From the NCBI GenBank assembly GCA_964564385.1, contig CAZMAP010000002.1, forward strand, positions 1 through 40,812: a stretch of DNA of 40,812 nucleotides, given 5' to 3'. The translations under genes were made by a program, and so were the position numbers. Source of the stretch: an uncultured Candidatus Saccharibacteria bacterium. GTDB taxonomy: Bacteria; Patescibacteriota; Minisyncoccia; Phycocordibacterales; EsbW-18. Positions 15,796 through 25,667 of this stretch are shown here, in pieces. The notes under the pieces were generated by a model. That model was given only the letters and a program-made list of their open reading frames with translations, was not told where the DNA came from and searched no databases. Each line of letters opens with the position of its first letter. The first letter of the stretch is position 1.

Positions 15796-17550
15796 ATGCG
15801 CATTGACACCGAACAGCTCAAACAATTTCTTATCGACGCGCGACTTGTCACTGAGGCTAAGCTCGCCGATATCGAGAAAGCGGCCGAGAAGAGCGACACG
15901 ACGCTCGAAGAGGCGCTCGTCTCCGAAGGTGCGCTCTCCGAAGACGATGTGCGTCGCGCAAAGGCACACGTTATCGGCATTCCGTTTGTTGACCTCAAAG
16001 ATCAAAAGATAGAATTTAGTCTTTTGTCGCTCATTCCTGAGCCCATCGCTCGAACACACAATATTGTGGCGTATGGCAAAAATGCCCGTGGTCTCGAGGT
16101 GGCCATGCTCGATGTGGGCGACCTTCAGGCAATCGATTTTGTGAAAAAGAAGACAGGCCTCTCGATCCTGCCGCGTCTCACCGATGCCGAGTCGGTGAAG
16201 CGTGCACTCCTTCAATACCAAAAGAGTCTCAAGGCCGAATTCGGCGACATCATCAGCACGGAGGCGGCGTCGCTTGTTGCTATCGCCGAGAGTGACGGCT
16301 CGGAGGCTTCGGGAGAAGATCTCAAAAAGATGGCCGAAGATCTTCCGATTGTCCGTATCGTCGATACGCTTATCAAACACGCCGTTGTTCAAGGCGCATC
16401 CGACATTCACATTGAGCCCATGGAACGCGAACTCCTCGTTCGTTATCGCATCGATGGACTCTTGCACGATGCCATGACACTTCCGCGTCAGGCGGCGCCG
16501 GGTATTGTTGCGCGCATCAAAGTACTTTCGAGTCTCAAGCTCGATGAGAAGCGTCTTCCACAGGATGGACGTTTCAAGATCGACCTCGATGGCGAGAAGG
16601 TGAGCTTCCGCGTATCAACACTTCCCACATACTACGGCGAGAAGACCGTGATGCGCGTGCTTCGTGAAGGCGGGGGAGGGTATACGCTCGAGGCGCTTGG
16701 ATTTCACGGCGAAGGGCTCGAATCAATCCATTGGGCTACCAAACAGTCGACCGGCATGATTCTTACCACCGGTCCTACCGGGTCGGGTAAAACGACCACG
16801 CTTTATACGGTGCTTGATATTCTCAATACGCCCGATGTGAACATCTCGACCATTGAGGATCCGGTGGAGTACCAAATGCCTCGTATCAATCAGACTCAGG
16901 TGAAACCCGAGATTGGTATGACCTTTGGCAACGGACTTCGTTCACTTGTCCGACAAGACCCTGACATCATCATGGTTGGTGAGATTCGTGACACCGAAAC
17001 CGCGTCGCTTGCTGTGAACGCTGCACTTACCGGACACTTGGTGCTTTCGACGCTCCACACCAATTCGGCCGCCGGCGCTATCCCTCGCATGCTCGACATG
17101 GGGGTTGAACCGTTTCTTTTGGTCTCGACAATCAAGGTCATCATTGGTCAGCGTCTTGTACGCACGCTCGCAAAGGAGAAGAAAGAAGAATACACACTTT
17201 CGAAGGCAGAGATAGCAACATTGGCAAAGACGGTAGATCTCGATCGCATGCTCAAGTTCCTTGTGGCCGAAAAAATCGTCAAAGATGGCACAAAATGGGA
17301 GGATATTACTTTCTACCGTCCAAAAGGAGGGTCCGATGTGGAGGATGGATACAAAGGGCGCTCTGGTATTCACGAAGTCTTGCACGTGACACCAACGGTG
17401 AAAGAACTCATTATGAAAGGTGCTACGGGTGATGCTATTGAGGCACAAGCCAAGAGTGAGGGGATGATGACAATGCTCGAGGACGGTGTTTTCAAGGCAA
17501 CACAGGGCATTACAACACTCGAAGAAGTGTTGCGTGTGGTGACAGAGTAG
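15796..17550 (+). CDS. pilB: Type IV pilus assembly ATPase PilB (GspE family)
   Basis: T2SSE N-terminal domain, Walker A GPTGSGKTT, Asp box VRQDPDIIMVGEIRD, His box GHLVLSTLHTN. Confidence 0.93.
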   Translation: MRIDTEQLKQFLIDARLVTEAKLADIEKAAEKSDTTLEEALVSEGALSEDDVRRAKAHVIGIPFVDLKDQKIEFSLLSLIPEPIARTHNIVAYGKNARGLEVAMLDVGDLQAIDFVKKKTGLSILPRLTDAESVKRALLQYQKSLKAEFGDIISTEAASLVAIAESDGSEASGEDLKKMAEDLPIVRIVDTLIKHAVVQGASDIHIEPMERELLVRYRIDGLLHDAMTLPRQAAPGIVARIKVLSSLKLDEKRLPQDGRFKIDLDGEKVSFRVSTLPTYYGEKTVMRVLREGGGGYTLEALGFHGEGLESIHWATKQSTGMILTTGPTGSGKTTTLYTVLDILNTPDVNISTIEDPVEYQMPRINQTQVKPEIGMTFGNGLRSLVRQDPDIIMVGEIRDTETASLAVNAALTGHLVLSTLHTNSAAGAIPRMLDMGVEPFLLVSTIKVIIGQRLVRTLAKEKKEEYTLSKAEIATLAKTVDLDRMLKFLVAEKIVKDGTKWEDITFYRPKGGSDVEDGYKGRSGIHEVLHVTPTVKELIMKGATGDAIEAQAKSEGMMTMLEDGVFKATQGITTLEEVLRVVTE

Positions 17551-17641
17551 CGCCGACAGCTTTTTCTCTGATCAAGGAGGTACACTATATCTAAAGCAAA
17601 AAGGTGAAGCCAAAAGTTAAAAGCTTGGTATACTTTTCGTA

Positions 17642-18850
17642 ATGAAGTTCTCATACAAATCTGTTACGGCAAACGGAACGGTCGAAGAAAACATTCGTGA
17701 AGCAGACGATCAGTTTGCGCTTGCCCGCGATCTTAAGGCCGAAGGAAAGACCCTCATCACGGCGGAGGAGACAGATGAAAAAGCTGCAGCCTCGCGGTTC
17801 AATCTTTCATTTGGAGGTGTGAAGCTTGCCGACAAAATCACCTTTGCCAAAAATCTTGGGGCAATGATTGATGCGGGTCTTGCGCTTTCTCGTGCCCTTG
17901 CCGTGATGGAGCGTCAGGCAAAGAGCGCAAAATTCAAAGAGATTCTTCGTGCACTTAGTACGTATGTCGAAAAAGGTTCGGCCTTGTCAGACGCGCTCGC
18001 CAAATTCCCCGAAACGTTTTCAGCGCTCTTCGTATCAATGGTTCGCGCCGGAGAGGAGTCGGGGAAGCTTGGTGATTCGCTTCGCATTGTTGCTGAACAG
18101 ATGGATCGAAGTTACGCGCTTCGTCGCAAGATTCGCGGCGCGATGATGTATCCGACGATCATTCTTTCTGTGATGGTGATCATCGGTATCCTCATGCTTA
18201 TGTTTGTTGTTCCAACCCTTACCGCAACATTCACAGAGCTCAACGTGAAGCTTCCGATGACGACGCAAGCTGTTATCTCGATGAGCGATCTTCTTACGGC
18301 CCATCCGGTAGGGGTTATTGGTGGTCTTGTGCTCTTGATTATTGCGTGCATTACCGCCTCGCGGACACGTCGGGGAAGGCGAGGGTTCGAGTTCGTTATG
18401 CTTCGTATGCCGATCATTGGCACGCTCATCAAAGAAACAAACGCCGCACGCATGTCACGAACATTTTCATCGCTCCTTTCCTCGGGTGTCGATATGGTCG
18501 CTGCCATTTCCATAACACAAGACGTTCTCCAAAATTCATTCTACAAAGAAGCGCTTGCAGAGGCGGGACGAGAAATCCAAAAGGGTGCTGCCGTCTCGGC
18601 TGTTTTTGCTCGATATGAACGATTGTTTCCGCCGATGGTGAACGAAATGATAGCTGTGGGCGAGGAGACAGGAAAACTCCCGGGCATGCTCCTTCAGATT
18701 GCAATCTTTTTCGAGGGTGAGGTCGATCAAAAAACAAAAGATATGTCGACAGTCATTGAGCCGTTTTTGATGGTCATCATTGGTGCGGCCGTTGGATTTT
18801 TTGCCGTATCAATGATTACTCCAATCTACTCGCTTTCGAGCGGAATCTAA
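17642..18850 (+). CDS. pilC: Type IV pilus platform protein PilC (GspF family)
   Basis: Two T2SSF repeats (GEESGKLGDSL and GEETGKLPGML) and three TM segments. Confidence 0.9.
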   Translation: MKFSYKSVTANGTVEENIREADDQFALARDLKAEGKTLITAEETDEKAAASRFNLSFGGVKLADKITFAKNLGAMIDAGLALSRALAVMERQAKSAKFKEILRALSTYVEKGSALSDALAKFPETFSALFVSMVRAGEESGKLGDSLRIVAEQMDRSYALRRKIRGAMMYPTIILSVMVIIGILMLMFVVPTLTATFTELNVKLPMTTQAVISMSDLLTAHPVGVIGGLVLLIIACITASRTRRGRRGFEFVMLRMPIIGTLIKETNAARMSRTFSSLLSSGVDMVAAISITQDVLQNSFYKEALAEAGREIQKGAAVSAVFARYERLFPPMVNEMIAVGEETGKLPGMLLQIAIFFEGEVDQKTKDMSTVIEPFLMVIIGAAVGFFAVSMITPIYSLSSGI

Positions 18851-18855
18851 GGAAT

Positions 18856-18986
18856 GAAATCCGAAGCACGAAGCACGAAATCTGAAAGAAGCACTAAACT
18901 CTAAATCCAAATGTTCAAAACGAAATTACACCCTGTTTTGGATTTAGGATTTCGAGCCTTGAATTTGTTTCGGATTTCGTGTTTCG
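18856..18986. repeat. Gene-less imperfect inverted repeat (about 55-nt arms, about 25-nt loop)
   Basis: Inner arms CTAAATCCAAA(18901-18911)/TTTGGATTTAG(18937-18947). Outer arms CACGAAATCTGAAA versus the reverse complement of TTTCGGATTTCGTG. The word usage resembles the arms flanking 37248..37598. Confidence 0.65.
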
Positions 18987-20752
18987 CCCGCCTGCGCAGG
19001 CAGGAATTTCGTGTTTCTGCACGCCAACGTGGTGCAACACTCATCGACGCCATCGTGGGTGCCGCGCTCATGGTGATTGTCTTCATTGGTCTCTTTGGTA
19101 TCGTCCGGCTTGCCGTGGTCTCTATTGGTCTTGGAAAGGCAAAAACGGGAGCAACGGCGCTCGCAAACGAACAGGTCGAATACATCCGAAGTCTTCCGTA
19201 CAACAGTGTTGCGGTTGTGGGCGGGATTCCTGCGGGAACTATTCCTGCGACGCAGACGATTACGCTCAACAACATCGTTTACACGCGACGTACATTTGTT
19301 CAATACATCGACAGCTCTGTTGATGGTGTTGGGCAGGCTGATACGAACGGTATTCAGGCGGATTACAAGGTGGTGAAGGTTACGGTGTCGTGGCCTTTTC
19401 GTGGAAGCGATCGTCGCGTAACGCTCATCACAAATGTTGTGCCTCGTGGTGTCGAGACGCTCGACGGTGGTGGAACCCTTGTCGTGAATGTTGTGAACGC
19501 TGCGGGCGTTGTGGTCCCCGATGCTTCTGTGACGATTAGAAACACTTCGGTTTCGCCCAACATCAATATCAGCACCTACTCGAACTCAACGGGTGCCGCA
19601 AATTTTCCCGGAGCTCCGGTATCGAGCGCATATCAGGTGACGGCAACAAAGGCAGGATACAGTACCGATCAAACGTATCTTGTGACGGCAACAAATACCA
19701 ATCCAACACCTGGCACACTCACCGTAATATCGGATCGAACAACGTCGTCGACGTTTCGTATCGATCTCTTGTCTGACCTCACGATCCACTCATTCACCGA
19801 GGTGCGTTCGGCAACATGGACGGACAGTTTTTCTGACATGTCGAAGATAGATACCGCAGTGGGGACGGCCGTATCGGGAGGGAATGCTGTGCTTGCGTCA
19901 ACTGCGGGGGCATATCAATCGTCGGGCACACTCACCTCGATCGCCGAGGCGCCGACGTATCTCTATGGGTGGAAGGCGGTTCAGTTTGATAAGACAACAC
20001 CTGCAGGAACCGCACTTCGTGTACATGTCTACTACGATACAGCAACGACGACCGAGCTTGTCCCAGAGACAGCTATTGCTGGTAATGCGTCGGGGCTCAC
20101 GTCGTCGCCAATCAACATCTCAACGCTTTCGCCAACAACCTACCCGTCACTGCGGCTGGTCGCAGATCTCACCACCACGAATGCATCCACAACACCATCA
20201 CTTCAGGAGTGGCGGCTTACCTATGACGAAGGTCCGATACCGCGCCCCAACAGCGCCTTTACGGTGAGGGGGACGAAGACCATCGGAACATTTTCGGGTA
20301 ACCCCGTTTATAAATATCAAAGCTCGGTTACAACAGGAGCGTCTGCTTCCACAACGCTCGAAAATATCGAGTGGGATTCGTATCTCATCGCAAAAGCGTC
20401 GTCGGAGACTACTGTTTCGGTGGCAGAATCATGCCCGTTTCAGCCTGTGGGAGTGAACCCTGGCGTTTCTCAGAACGTCAATATCATTTTTGCACCAGTG
20501 AGTACGTACTCGCTCCTCGTCTATGTCTCAACGGCGTCGGGTGTTCCCATCAAGAACGCGTCGGTGCGGCTCTCTCGTACTGGATACGACACAACGATAC
20601 TTTCGAGTACGTGCGGGCAGTCATTCTTCCGCGGTCTTTCGTCGGCAAACTATACGCTTCGCATATCTGCACCGGGATATGTCTCACAAACTATCAACAA
20701 TGTCTCTGTGTCTGGAGCGGCAACGCGATCGATTCTTCTCAACCCATCATGA
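18911..20752 (+). CDS. Large pilin-like protein: type IV pilin-type N-terminal helix plus carboxypeptidase-regulatory-like beta-sandwich domains
   Basis: QRG/ATLIDAIVGAALMVIVFIGLF prepilin-like segment. VVNVVNAAGVVVPDASVTIRN...YQVTATKAGY and VYVSTASGVPIKNASVRL...YTLRISAPGY match the CarboxypepD_reg pattern. The start is uncertain: the ATG at 18911 lies in the loop of the inverted repeat, and a TTG at 18959 is possible. Confidence 0.7.
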   Translation: MFKTKLHPVLDLGFRALNLFRISCFARLRRQEFRVSARQRGATLIDAIVGAALMVIVFIGLFGIVRLAVVSIGLGKAKTGATALANEQVEYIRSLPYNSVAVVGGIPAGTIPATQTITLNNIVYTRRTFVQYIDSSVDGVGQADTNGIQADYKVVKVTVSWPFRGSDRRVTLITNVVPRGVETLDGGGTLVVNVVNAAGVVVPDASVTIRNTSVSPNINISTYSNSTGAANFPGAPVSSAYQVTATKAGYSTDQTYLVTATNTNPTPGTLTVISDRTTSSTFRIDLLSDLTIHSFTEVRSATWTDSFSDMSKIDTAVGTAVSGGNAVLASTAGAYQSSGTLTSIAEAPTYLYGWKAVQFDKTTPAGTALRVHVYYDTATTTELVPETAIAGNASGLTSSPINISTLSPTTYPSLRLVADLTTTNASTTPSLQEWRLTYDEGPIPRPNSAFTVRGTKTIGTFSGNPVYKYQSSVTTGASASTTLENIEWDSYLIAKASSETTVSVAESCPFQPVGVNPGVSQNVNIIFAPVSTYSLLVYVSTASGVPIKNASVRLSRTGYDTTILSSTCGQSFFRGLSSANYTLRISAPGYVSQTINNVSVSGAATRSILLNPS

Positions 20753-21357
20753 ACATGAGAACGCATTCTCAATCAGGTTTCACGCTCATCGAAGCGATAA
20801 CAACGCTTGCGATTTTTATGATTATAAGTGTCGCGGTTGTAGGCTCCGTTGTCATGCTCTATCGAGGCAATCGATACGCTATGGAGCAATCCATTGCAGT
20901 CGAAAGCGCACGTCGCGGTGTTGAGCAGATGGTCCGTGACATTCGCGAGGCTTCCTATTCCGATGCTGGTGCGTATCCGATTGTGGCAATCGGCTCCACC
21001 ACGATGGCTTTCTACAGCGATCTGGATCGGGACAACGACGTCGAGCTCATTCGGTTCTATCTCGAAGGCACGTCGTTTAAGAAACGCATTACAAATCCAA
21101 CAGGATCGCCCGCGGTCTATAATGAGGTGGAGGGGGGGGAGAGCGTTCTTTCCGACAACGTGCGAAACGCGGAGCAGGGGATTCCGATTTTTGAATACTA
21201 CAACAGTTCGGGCACAAAGCTCACATCCTATGGAAACGTCACGCCTGCCGTTTTTGTGAAAGTGAGTCTCGTGGTCAACGTGAATCCAAAGACGCTTCCA
21301 AACGAGTATGTTTTGCGCTCGAGCGCAGCGATACGAAACCTGAAGGTCAACTTGTAA
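20749..21357 (+). CDS. Prepilin-type N-terminal cleavage/methylation domain protein (minor pilin)
   Basis: MNMRTHSQSG/FTLIEAITTLAIFMIISVAV. The ATG overlaps the upstream stop (ATGA), suggesting translational coupling. Confidence 0.85.
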   Translation: MNMRTHSQSGFTLIEAITTLAIFMIISVAVVGSVVMLYRGNRYAMEQSIAVESARRGVEQMVRDIREASYSDAGAYPIVAIGSTTMAFYSDLDRDNDVELIRFYLEGTSFKKRITNPTGSPAVYNEVEGGESVLSDNVRNAEQGIPIFEYYNSSGTKLTSYGNVTPAVFVKVSLVVNVNPKTLPNEYVLRSSAAIRNLKVNL

Positions 21358-21381
21358 GGAACGACTTCTAACACACAACTA

Positions 21382-22821
21382 ATGACACACAACAAACACA
21401 CGGGGGTTGTCGGCCATAGGCCAGCGGTTGGTCGTGGGTACATTGTTGTTTCGGTTGTTGTTTTTGGAACCGTGTTTCTCACAATTCTTGCCGGACTCGT
21501 TGGATTTGTTTTTCTTCAAACCAAGGCGCAGGTCAAAAAAGAGACGAGAGAAAAAGCGCTTCAGATTGCTGAAGCCGGACTCGATTATTACAAATGGAGG
21601 CTCTCACACTTTCCCAACGATCTCACCAACGGAACAGGGCAGAGTGGTCCATATACCGTACCCTATAGCGATCCTGAAAGTGGAACAATTGGGTCGTTTC
21701 AACTTTCCCTCGCCGCAGAACAGTATTGTGGTCAGGTGAACACGGTGACCATCACCTCAACCGGGTGGACGGTTCAAGATCCCACTATCCGCCGCACGGT
21801 TTCTGCGCGCTACGCGCGTCCGTCGGTTGCGTCGTATGCATACATCATCAACAACAGTGTGTGGGCTGGCTCCGATCGTCAAATTAGCGGACGATATCAT
21901 AGTAACGGCGGTATACGCATGGATGGTACCAACGATTCACTCGTCACGAGTGGTGTCTCGACGTGGTCATGTACGAGCTCGTTTGGTTGTAGTCCGGCAT
22001 CAACAACACCGGGCGTGTGGGGCGCTGGCACGGGTTCGAATCTTTGGCAGTACCCGCAACCGCAGGTTGATTTTGCCGGCATCACGACTGATCTCGCTCA
22101 GATTAGAACGATTGCACAGTCGCAAGGTCGATATATCAATGAGACGAGCAATTCAGATCAGCGAGGCATTTTGCTGCGATTCAATGGTAATGGAACCTTC
22201 ACCTACTGGCGTGTGACTGGAACGTCTGCTGTGGATGCTCAGCATGTCGATACGGGGAGCGATTGGCATGACGATTACCACACAATCACGAGCACATCGA
22301 CACCTACGACACTCACAATTCCAGAAACGTGTCCGGTTATCTTTGTGGAAGCAAAGACGTGGATCGAAGGTGTTGTGGATCAAAAAGTGCTTCTTGGTGT
22401 TGATGAGATTACCAGCGCATCAGCGCGCGCAGATGTCATTCTCAACGGAAACATCACCTATGCTGATTACACCGGCCTCGATGGTCTCACGGTTATTGCG
22501 GATCGGTCGATTCTCATTCCGTTTGAATCTCCCGATGTCATGAGTATCAGTGGTATCTTCACGGCACAAAACGGCTACTTTGGACGCAATTACTATCCGT
22601 CTTCCGATGGCCCCGAATATATGCGAAGTTCGCTCACGGTGAATGGTACGATTGTTTCGAACGCTCGTGAGGGAACCAAATGGACATCAGGGTCTACCGT
22701 GGTATCTGGCTACCAGAACCGCGTCAATATCTATGACGAAGATCTTGTCGTGTCGCCCCCGCCGTTTACCCCCAAAACAAGCACAACTCCGACGTTTCTC
22801 GAATGGGAGGAGGTGGAATGA
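21382..22821 (+). CDS. Pilus-associated protein with N-terminal TM anchor (PilX-like placement)
   Basis: N-terminal hydrophobic helix IVVSVVVFGTVFLTILAGLVGFVF. It sits directly after the pilin genes. No other motif recognised. Confidence 0.55.
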   Translation: MTHNKHTGVVGHRPAVGRGYIVVSVVVFGTVFLTILAGLVGFVFLQTKAQVKKETREKALQIAEAGLDYYKWRLSHFPNDLTNGTGQSGPYTVPYSDPESGTIGSFQLSLAAEQYCGQVNTVTITSTGWTVQDPTIRRTVSARYARPSVASYAYIINNSVWAGSDRQISGRYHSNGGIRMDGTNDSLVTSGVSTWSCTSSFGCSPASTTPGVWGAGTGSNLWQYPQPQVDFAGITTDLAQIRTIAQSQGRYINETSNSDQRGILLRFNGNGTFTYWRVTGTSAVDAQHVDTGSDWHDDYHTITSTSTPTTLTIPETCPVIFVEAKTWIEGVVDQKVLLGVDEITSASARADVILNGNITYADYTGLDGLTVIADRSILIPFESPDVMSISGIFTAQNGYFGRNYYPSSDGPEYMRSSLTVNGTIVSNAREGTKWTSGSTVVSGYQNRVNIYDEDLVVSPPPFTPKTSTTPTFLEWEEVE

Positions 22822-22852
22822 GGGCTCTGTGAGGCCGTGGTACAATTAATCC

Positions 22853-23617
22853 ATGGCAACAAAAAAGCTCATTGTCGGCAATTGGAAACTCTATGTCGAT
22901 TCGCCCAAGGTGGCAAAGGAGCTCGTCCGTGCGACGCACGCCGTCGCACGGAAGACGCGACGGACGCAGGTGGTTGTGTGTCCGCAGATGCCGCTTCTTG
23001 GTCTCTTTGCAACAAACACCTCATCACACCTTCGTCTTGGAGCGCAGGATGTCTTTTGGGATCTTGATCCAAAACACACTGGAGCGTCGGGTGTCTATGC
23101 ACTCCGGAGTCTCGGTGTCTCGCACGTAATCGTTGGACATTCCGAGATGCGCGCCGTGGGCGAGACGAGTGCCGTGGTTTCACTCAAGACTCAAGTTATC
23201 ACCAAACACGGCATGACTGCTGTGGTGTGTGTTGGTGAGAGTGAGCGTGATGTTCGAGGCGAATATCTCACGCAACTCGAAAACCAATTGCGCGAGTCGC
23301 TCGCTGGTATCACGCGCCACAAGCTCGGGTCCGTTGTCGTTGCCTATGAACCGGTCTGGGCAATAGGTAAGTCCGCCGCAGATGCGATGACACCGACAGT
23401 GCTTCACGAGACGGTGATTTTTATCAAGAAGATACTCGTGAGCATGTATGGGCGCTCGGCCGGGACCGGAGTGCGCGTCCTCTACGGGGGCTCCGTTGAA
23501 TCCGAGAATGCGGGGGTGCTCATGCGTGATGCAACAGTCGACGGTTTTCTTGTGGGGCATGCGAGCGTCGATGCGAAAGAATTTCGAGAGATTATCAGAA
23601 GTGCGGACGCTGCGTAG
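22853..23617 (+). CDS. tpiA: Triosephosphate isomerase
   Basis: VGNWK, VGHSEMR, AYEPVWAIG and YGGSV motifs. Confidence 0.93.
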   Translation: MATKKLIVGNWKLYVDSPKVAKELVRATHAVARKTRRTQVVVCPQMPLLGLFATNTSSHLRLGAQDVFWDLDPKHTGASGVYALRSLGVSHVIVGHSEMRAVGETSAVVSLKTQVITKHGMTAVVCVGESERDVRGEYLTQLENQLRESLAGITRHKLGSVVVAYEPVWAIGKSAADAMTPTVLHETVIFIKKILVSMYGRSAGTGVRVLYGGSVESENAGVLMRDATVDGFLVGHASVDAKEFREIIRSADAA

Positions 23618-23676
23618 CTTGTAGCTTCATTAGCTTGTAGAAATTCCTAAAGAAGCTACAAGCTACACCAATTTCT

Positions 23677-24783
23677 ATGCCTCAGTCACTCTCATCACTC
23701 GGCGAAATCAAAGGAAAGCGCGGTCTCGTTCGCGCGCCGTTCAACGTGCCCATGGACGGTGCAACGATACGTGATACGACGCGTATTGATGACTGTGCAT
23801 CAACAATCGATTTTCTCGTTCATGCCGGCGCGCGTATCATTTTGGTGAGCCACCATTCCGACGGCGCAGAAGTTTCTCTCAAACCTGTTGCCGAGTATCT
23901 CTCGAAGCGCGTCCCCGTTGTTTTTGTTGATGATATCTTTTCATATACAGGAAACGACACGATTGTCCTTGCTGAGAACCTGAGGCGATATCCAGAAGAA
24001 GAAAAGAATGATCCCGCGTTTGCAGCACGGCTTGCGGCACTTGCCGACATCTATGTGAATGATGATTTTACGTCGGCGCACCGCACACACGCATCAGTTG
24101 TTGGTGTCCCCAAGCTCATTCCCGGCGTTGCAGGGTTTTCATTTCAGCGTGAGTACGAGGGGCTCTCAGCGTTTGCGTCACCGGCTGCTCCATCACTTGC
24201 AATCATTGGTGGGGCAAAACCTGAAACCAAACTTCCGCTCATTGCAAAGATGGCCGAACGATTCACAAGTGTTTATGCGGGGGGTGTCTCGGCCAACGTG
24301 CTTCTCGAAGATAGGGGAGAGGAGATTGGCGTTTCGGAGACCGCCACGAAGAACATTCCTAATCTTGATGCAATCACCGCCGACGAGCGTATTGTGCTTC
24401 CCGTGGATGCTCGTATTGTTGGGCCTGGCGGTGCGACACGTATTGGTTCCATTACGAGTGTCAAAAAAGACGAGTCAATCGTTGACGCTGGCACCGAGAG
24501 TCTCGCGGACCTTCGCGGTCTCATTGCGCGCTCGCGCACCATTGTCTGGAACGGTCCGCTCGGCGACTATGAGCGGGGCCACGGCGAATCGACGCACGAA
24601 CTTGCGCAGATGCTCATGACTTGCGATGCCGATGTCATCGTTGGTGGAGGAGATACACTTGCATCCATCAAAGATATCGATACCTCGGGTGCGTTTGCGT
24701 TCGTCTCCGAAGCGGGTGGTGCCATGCTCCATCTCTTTGCCTATGGAACGCTTCCCGCAGTAGAAGCGCTCGAGAACCATTGA
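23677..24783 (+). CDS. pgk: Phosphoglycerate kinase (short form, 368 aa)
   Basis: RAPFNVP, DFTSAHR, IIGGAKPETK, WNGPLG and VGGGDT motifs. Confidence 0.9.
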   Translation: MPQSLSSLGEIKGKRGLVRAPFNVPMDGATIRDTTRIDDCASTIDFLVHAGARIILVSHHSDGAEVSLKPVAEYLSKRVPVVFVDDIFSYTGNDTIVLAENLRRYPEEEKNDPAFAARLAALADIYVNDDFTSAHRTHASVVGVPKLIPGVAGFSFQREYEGLSAFASPAAPSLAIIGGAKPETKLPLIAKMAERFTSVYAGGVSANVLLEDRGEEIGVSETATKNIPNLDAITADERIVLPVDARIVGPGGATRIGSITSVKKDESIVDAGTESLADLRGLIARSRTIVWNGPLGDYERGHGESTHELAQMLMTCDADVIVGGGDTLASIKDIDTSGAFAFVSEAGGAMLHLFAYGTLPAVEALENH

Positions 24784-24808
24784 CGCAACTTTGGAATAAG
24801 CATACTGT
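24780..24808 (+). promoter_or_regulatory. Promoter-like TTGACG-17-TACTGT overlapping the pgk stop
   Basis: TTGACG at 24780-24785 and TACTGT at 24803-24808. Confidence 0.45.
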
Positions 24809-24907
24809 GTGCGCGGACGTGGTCTCTGAAACGGACACAAACAAATCAGTGGGCTCTGTCCCACACGGCCAATGGCCGAAACTTCGAGGGAGAAGGAGAA
24901 AAGATCT

Positions 24908-25489
24908 ATGGATCTCGTAAAGGAGTTGTTGGAGGGGGTGCTGCTAGCGGTGTTTCTTGCCGCACTCGTCATGCCGATCGTTTTCTGGATTCGGCGCCGG
25001 CGCAAGAAGACCAACCCAATCCTCGTTCGTTTGTACGAGAACGAGGAGATCGTGGTTGGCTCGACCACAGGTGAGGAGACAATCGCGAAGGCACGGCATG
25101 TCTTTGCTGGGTATCTCGACTCCGATTTCGAGCGCTGGGGCGCGAATGTTCCGAGTGGAACACCAACTGAACGGGCCAAGATCGCGGTGTATGAGGTGTG
25201 TCGTGATGCGAATTTGGCCGAGATGTTCGGTTCCATCGGCAATTTGAATTCGCACGCACTCTCTCAGGGGCAGATCCTCCGCTTCGTTCTGGAGCATAAC
25301 GACAAGTTGCAACCAGACGAACTTGCCACGTTCTTTCTCCTTCGGGTGGGGAGCGGGTTTCTGGTTGTGCGAATTTCCAAATTGCGGGGGGAGCTCGTGG
25401 AGCGACTTGAGCGTTTCGACGACCCAACTATCTGGAGGGGTGCGGGCCGGCGTCGGGTGGTCGTTGTCAAGGCTGGGTCGTCCAAGTAG
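24908..25489 (+). CDS. Orphan protein, GC-rich cassette, paralogue family P (copy 3), N-terminal TM anchor
   Basis: SD GGAGAAGGAG lies before the ATG at 24908. N-terminal LLAVFLAALVMPIVFWIRRRRKK. The C-terminal NLAEMFGSIG...QILRFV...TFFLLRVGSGFLVVRI...WRGAGRRRVVV aligns with copy 1. Confidence 0.65.
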   Translation: MDLVKELLEGVLLAVFLAALVMPIVFWIRRRRKKTNPILVRLYENEEIVVGSTTGEETIAKARHVFAGYLDSDFERWGANVPSGTPTERAKIAVYEVCRDANLAEMFGSIGNLNSHALSQGQILRFVLEHNDKLQPDELATFFLLRVGSGFLVVRISKLRGELVERLERFDDPTIWRGAGRRRVVVVKAGSSK

Positions 25490-25495
25490 TTCCTC

Positions 25496-25567
25496 GGGCA
25501 CTTCCGCCCACCTCGCCCGTTGGTGTATCAACGGGTGCCTCGCACGTTGTGCGGGGCGCTTTCGTTT
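25496..25567 (+). repeat. ~70-nt double-hairpin element, copy B (includes the terminator)
   Basis: See 15668-15735. Hairpins CCCGTT-ggtgtatc-AACGGG and CCTCGCA-cgttg-TGCGGGG, then CGCTTTCGTTT. Confidence 0.75.
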
Positions 25568-25602
25568 AATGGCCGATGCGTTGCCTCCGTAGGCGGGCGA
25601 TA

Positions 25603-25631
25603 TTGACGTATTGCAGATTTTGTAATATCAT
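25603..25631 (+). promoter_or_regulatory. Promoter-like TTGACG-17-TATCAT
   Basis: TTGACG at 25603-25608 and TATCAT at 25626-25631. Confidence 0.45.
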
Positions 25632-25667
25632 TTTTTCGAACCTGTTCGTTTAGAGAGGAGGAAGAGG

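Noticed and set aside
15739-16467. 242-aa ORF antisense to the 5' part of pilB
   Set aside because: It lies entirely within a confidently identified pilB gene. It has no signals and an implausible composition.
20371-20748. 126-codon N-terminal extension of the minor pilin ORF (20371..21357)
   Set aside because: It overlaps the 3' end of 18911..20752 in another frame. The ATG at 20749 gives the canonical short prepilin leader ending in G/FTLIE.
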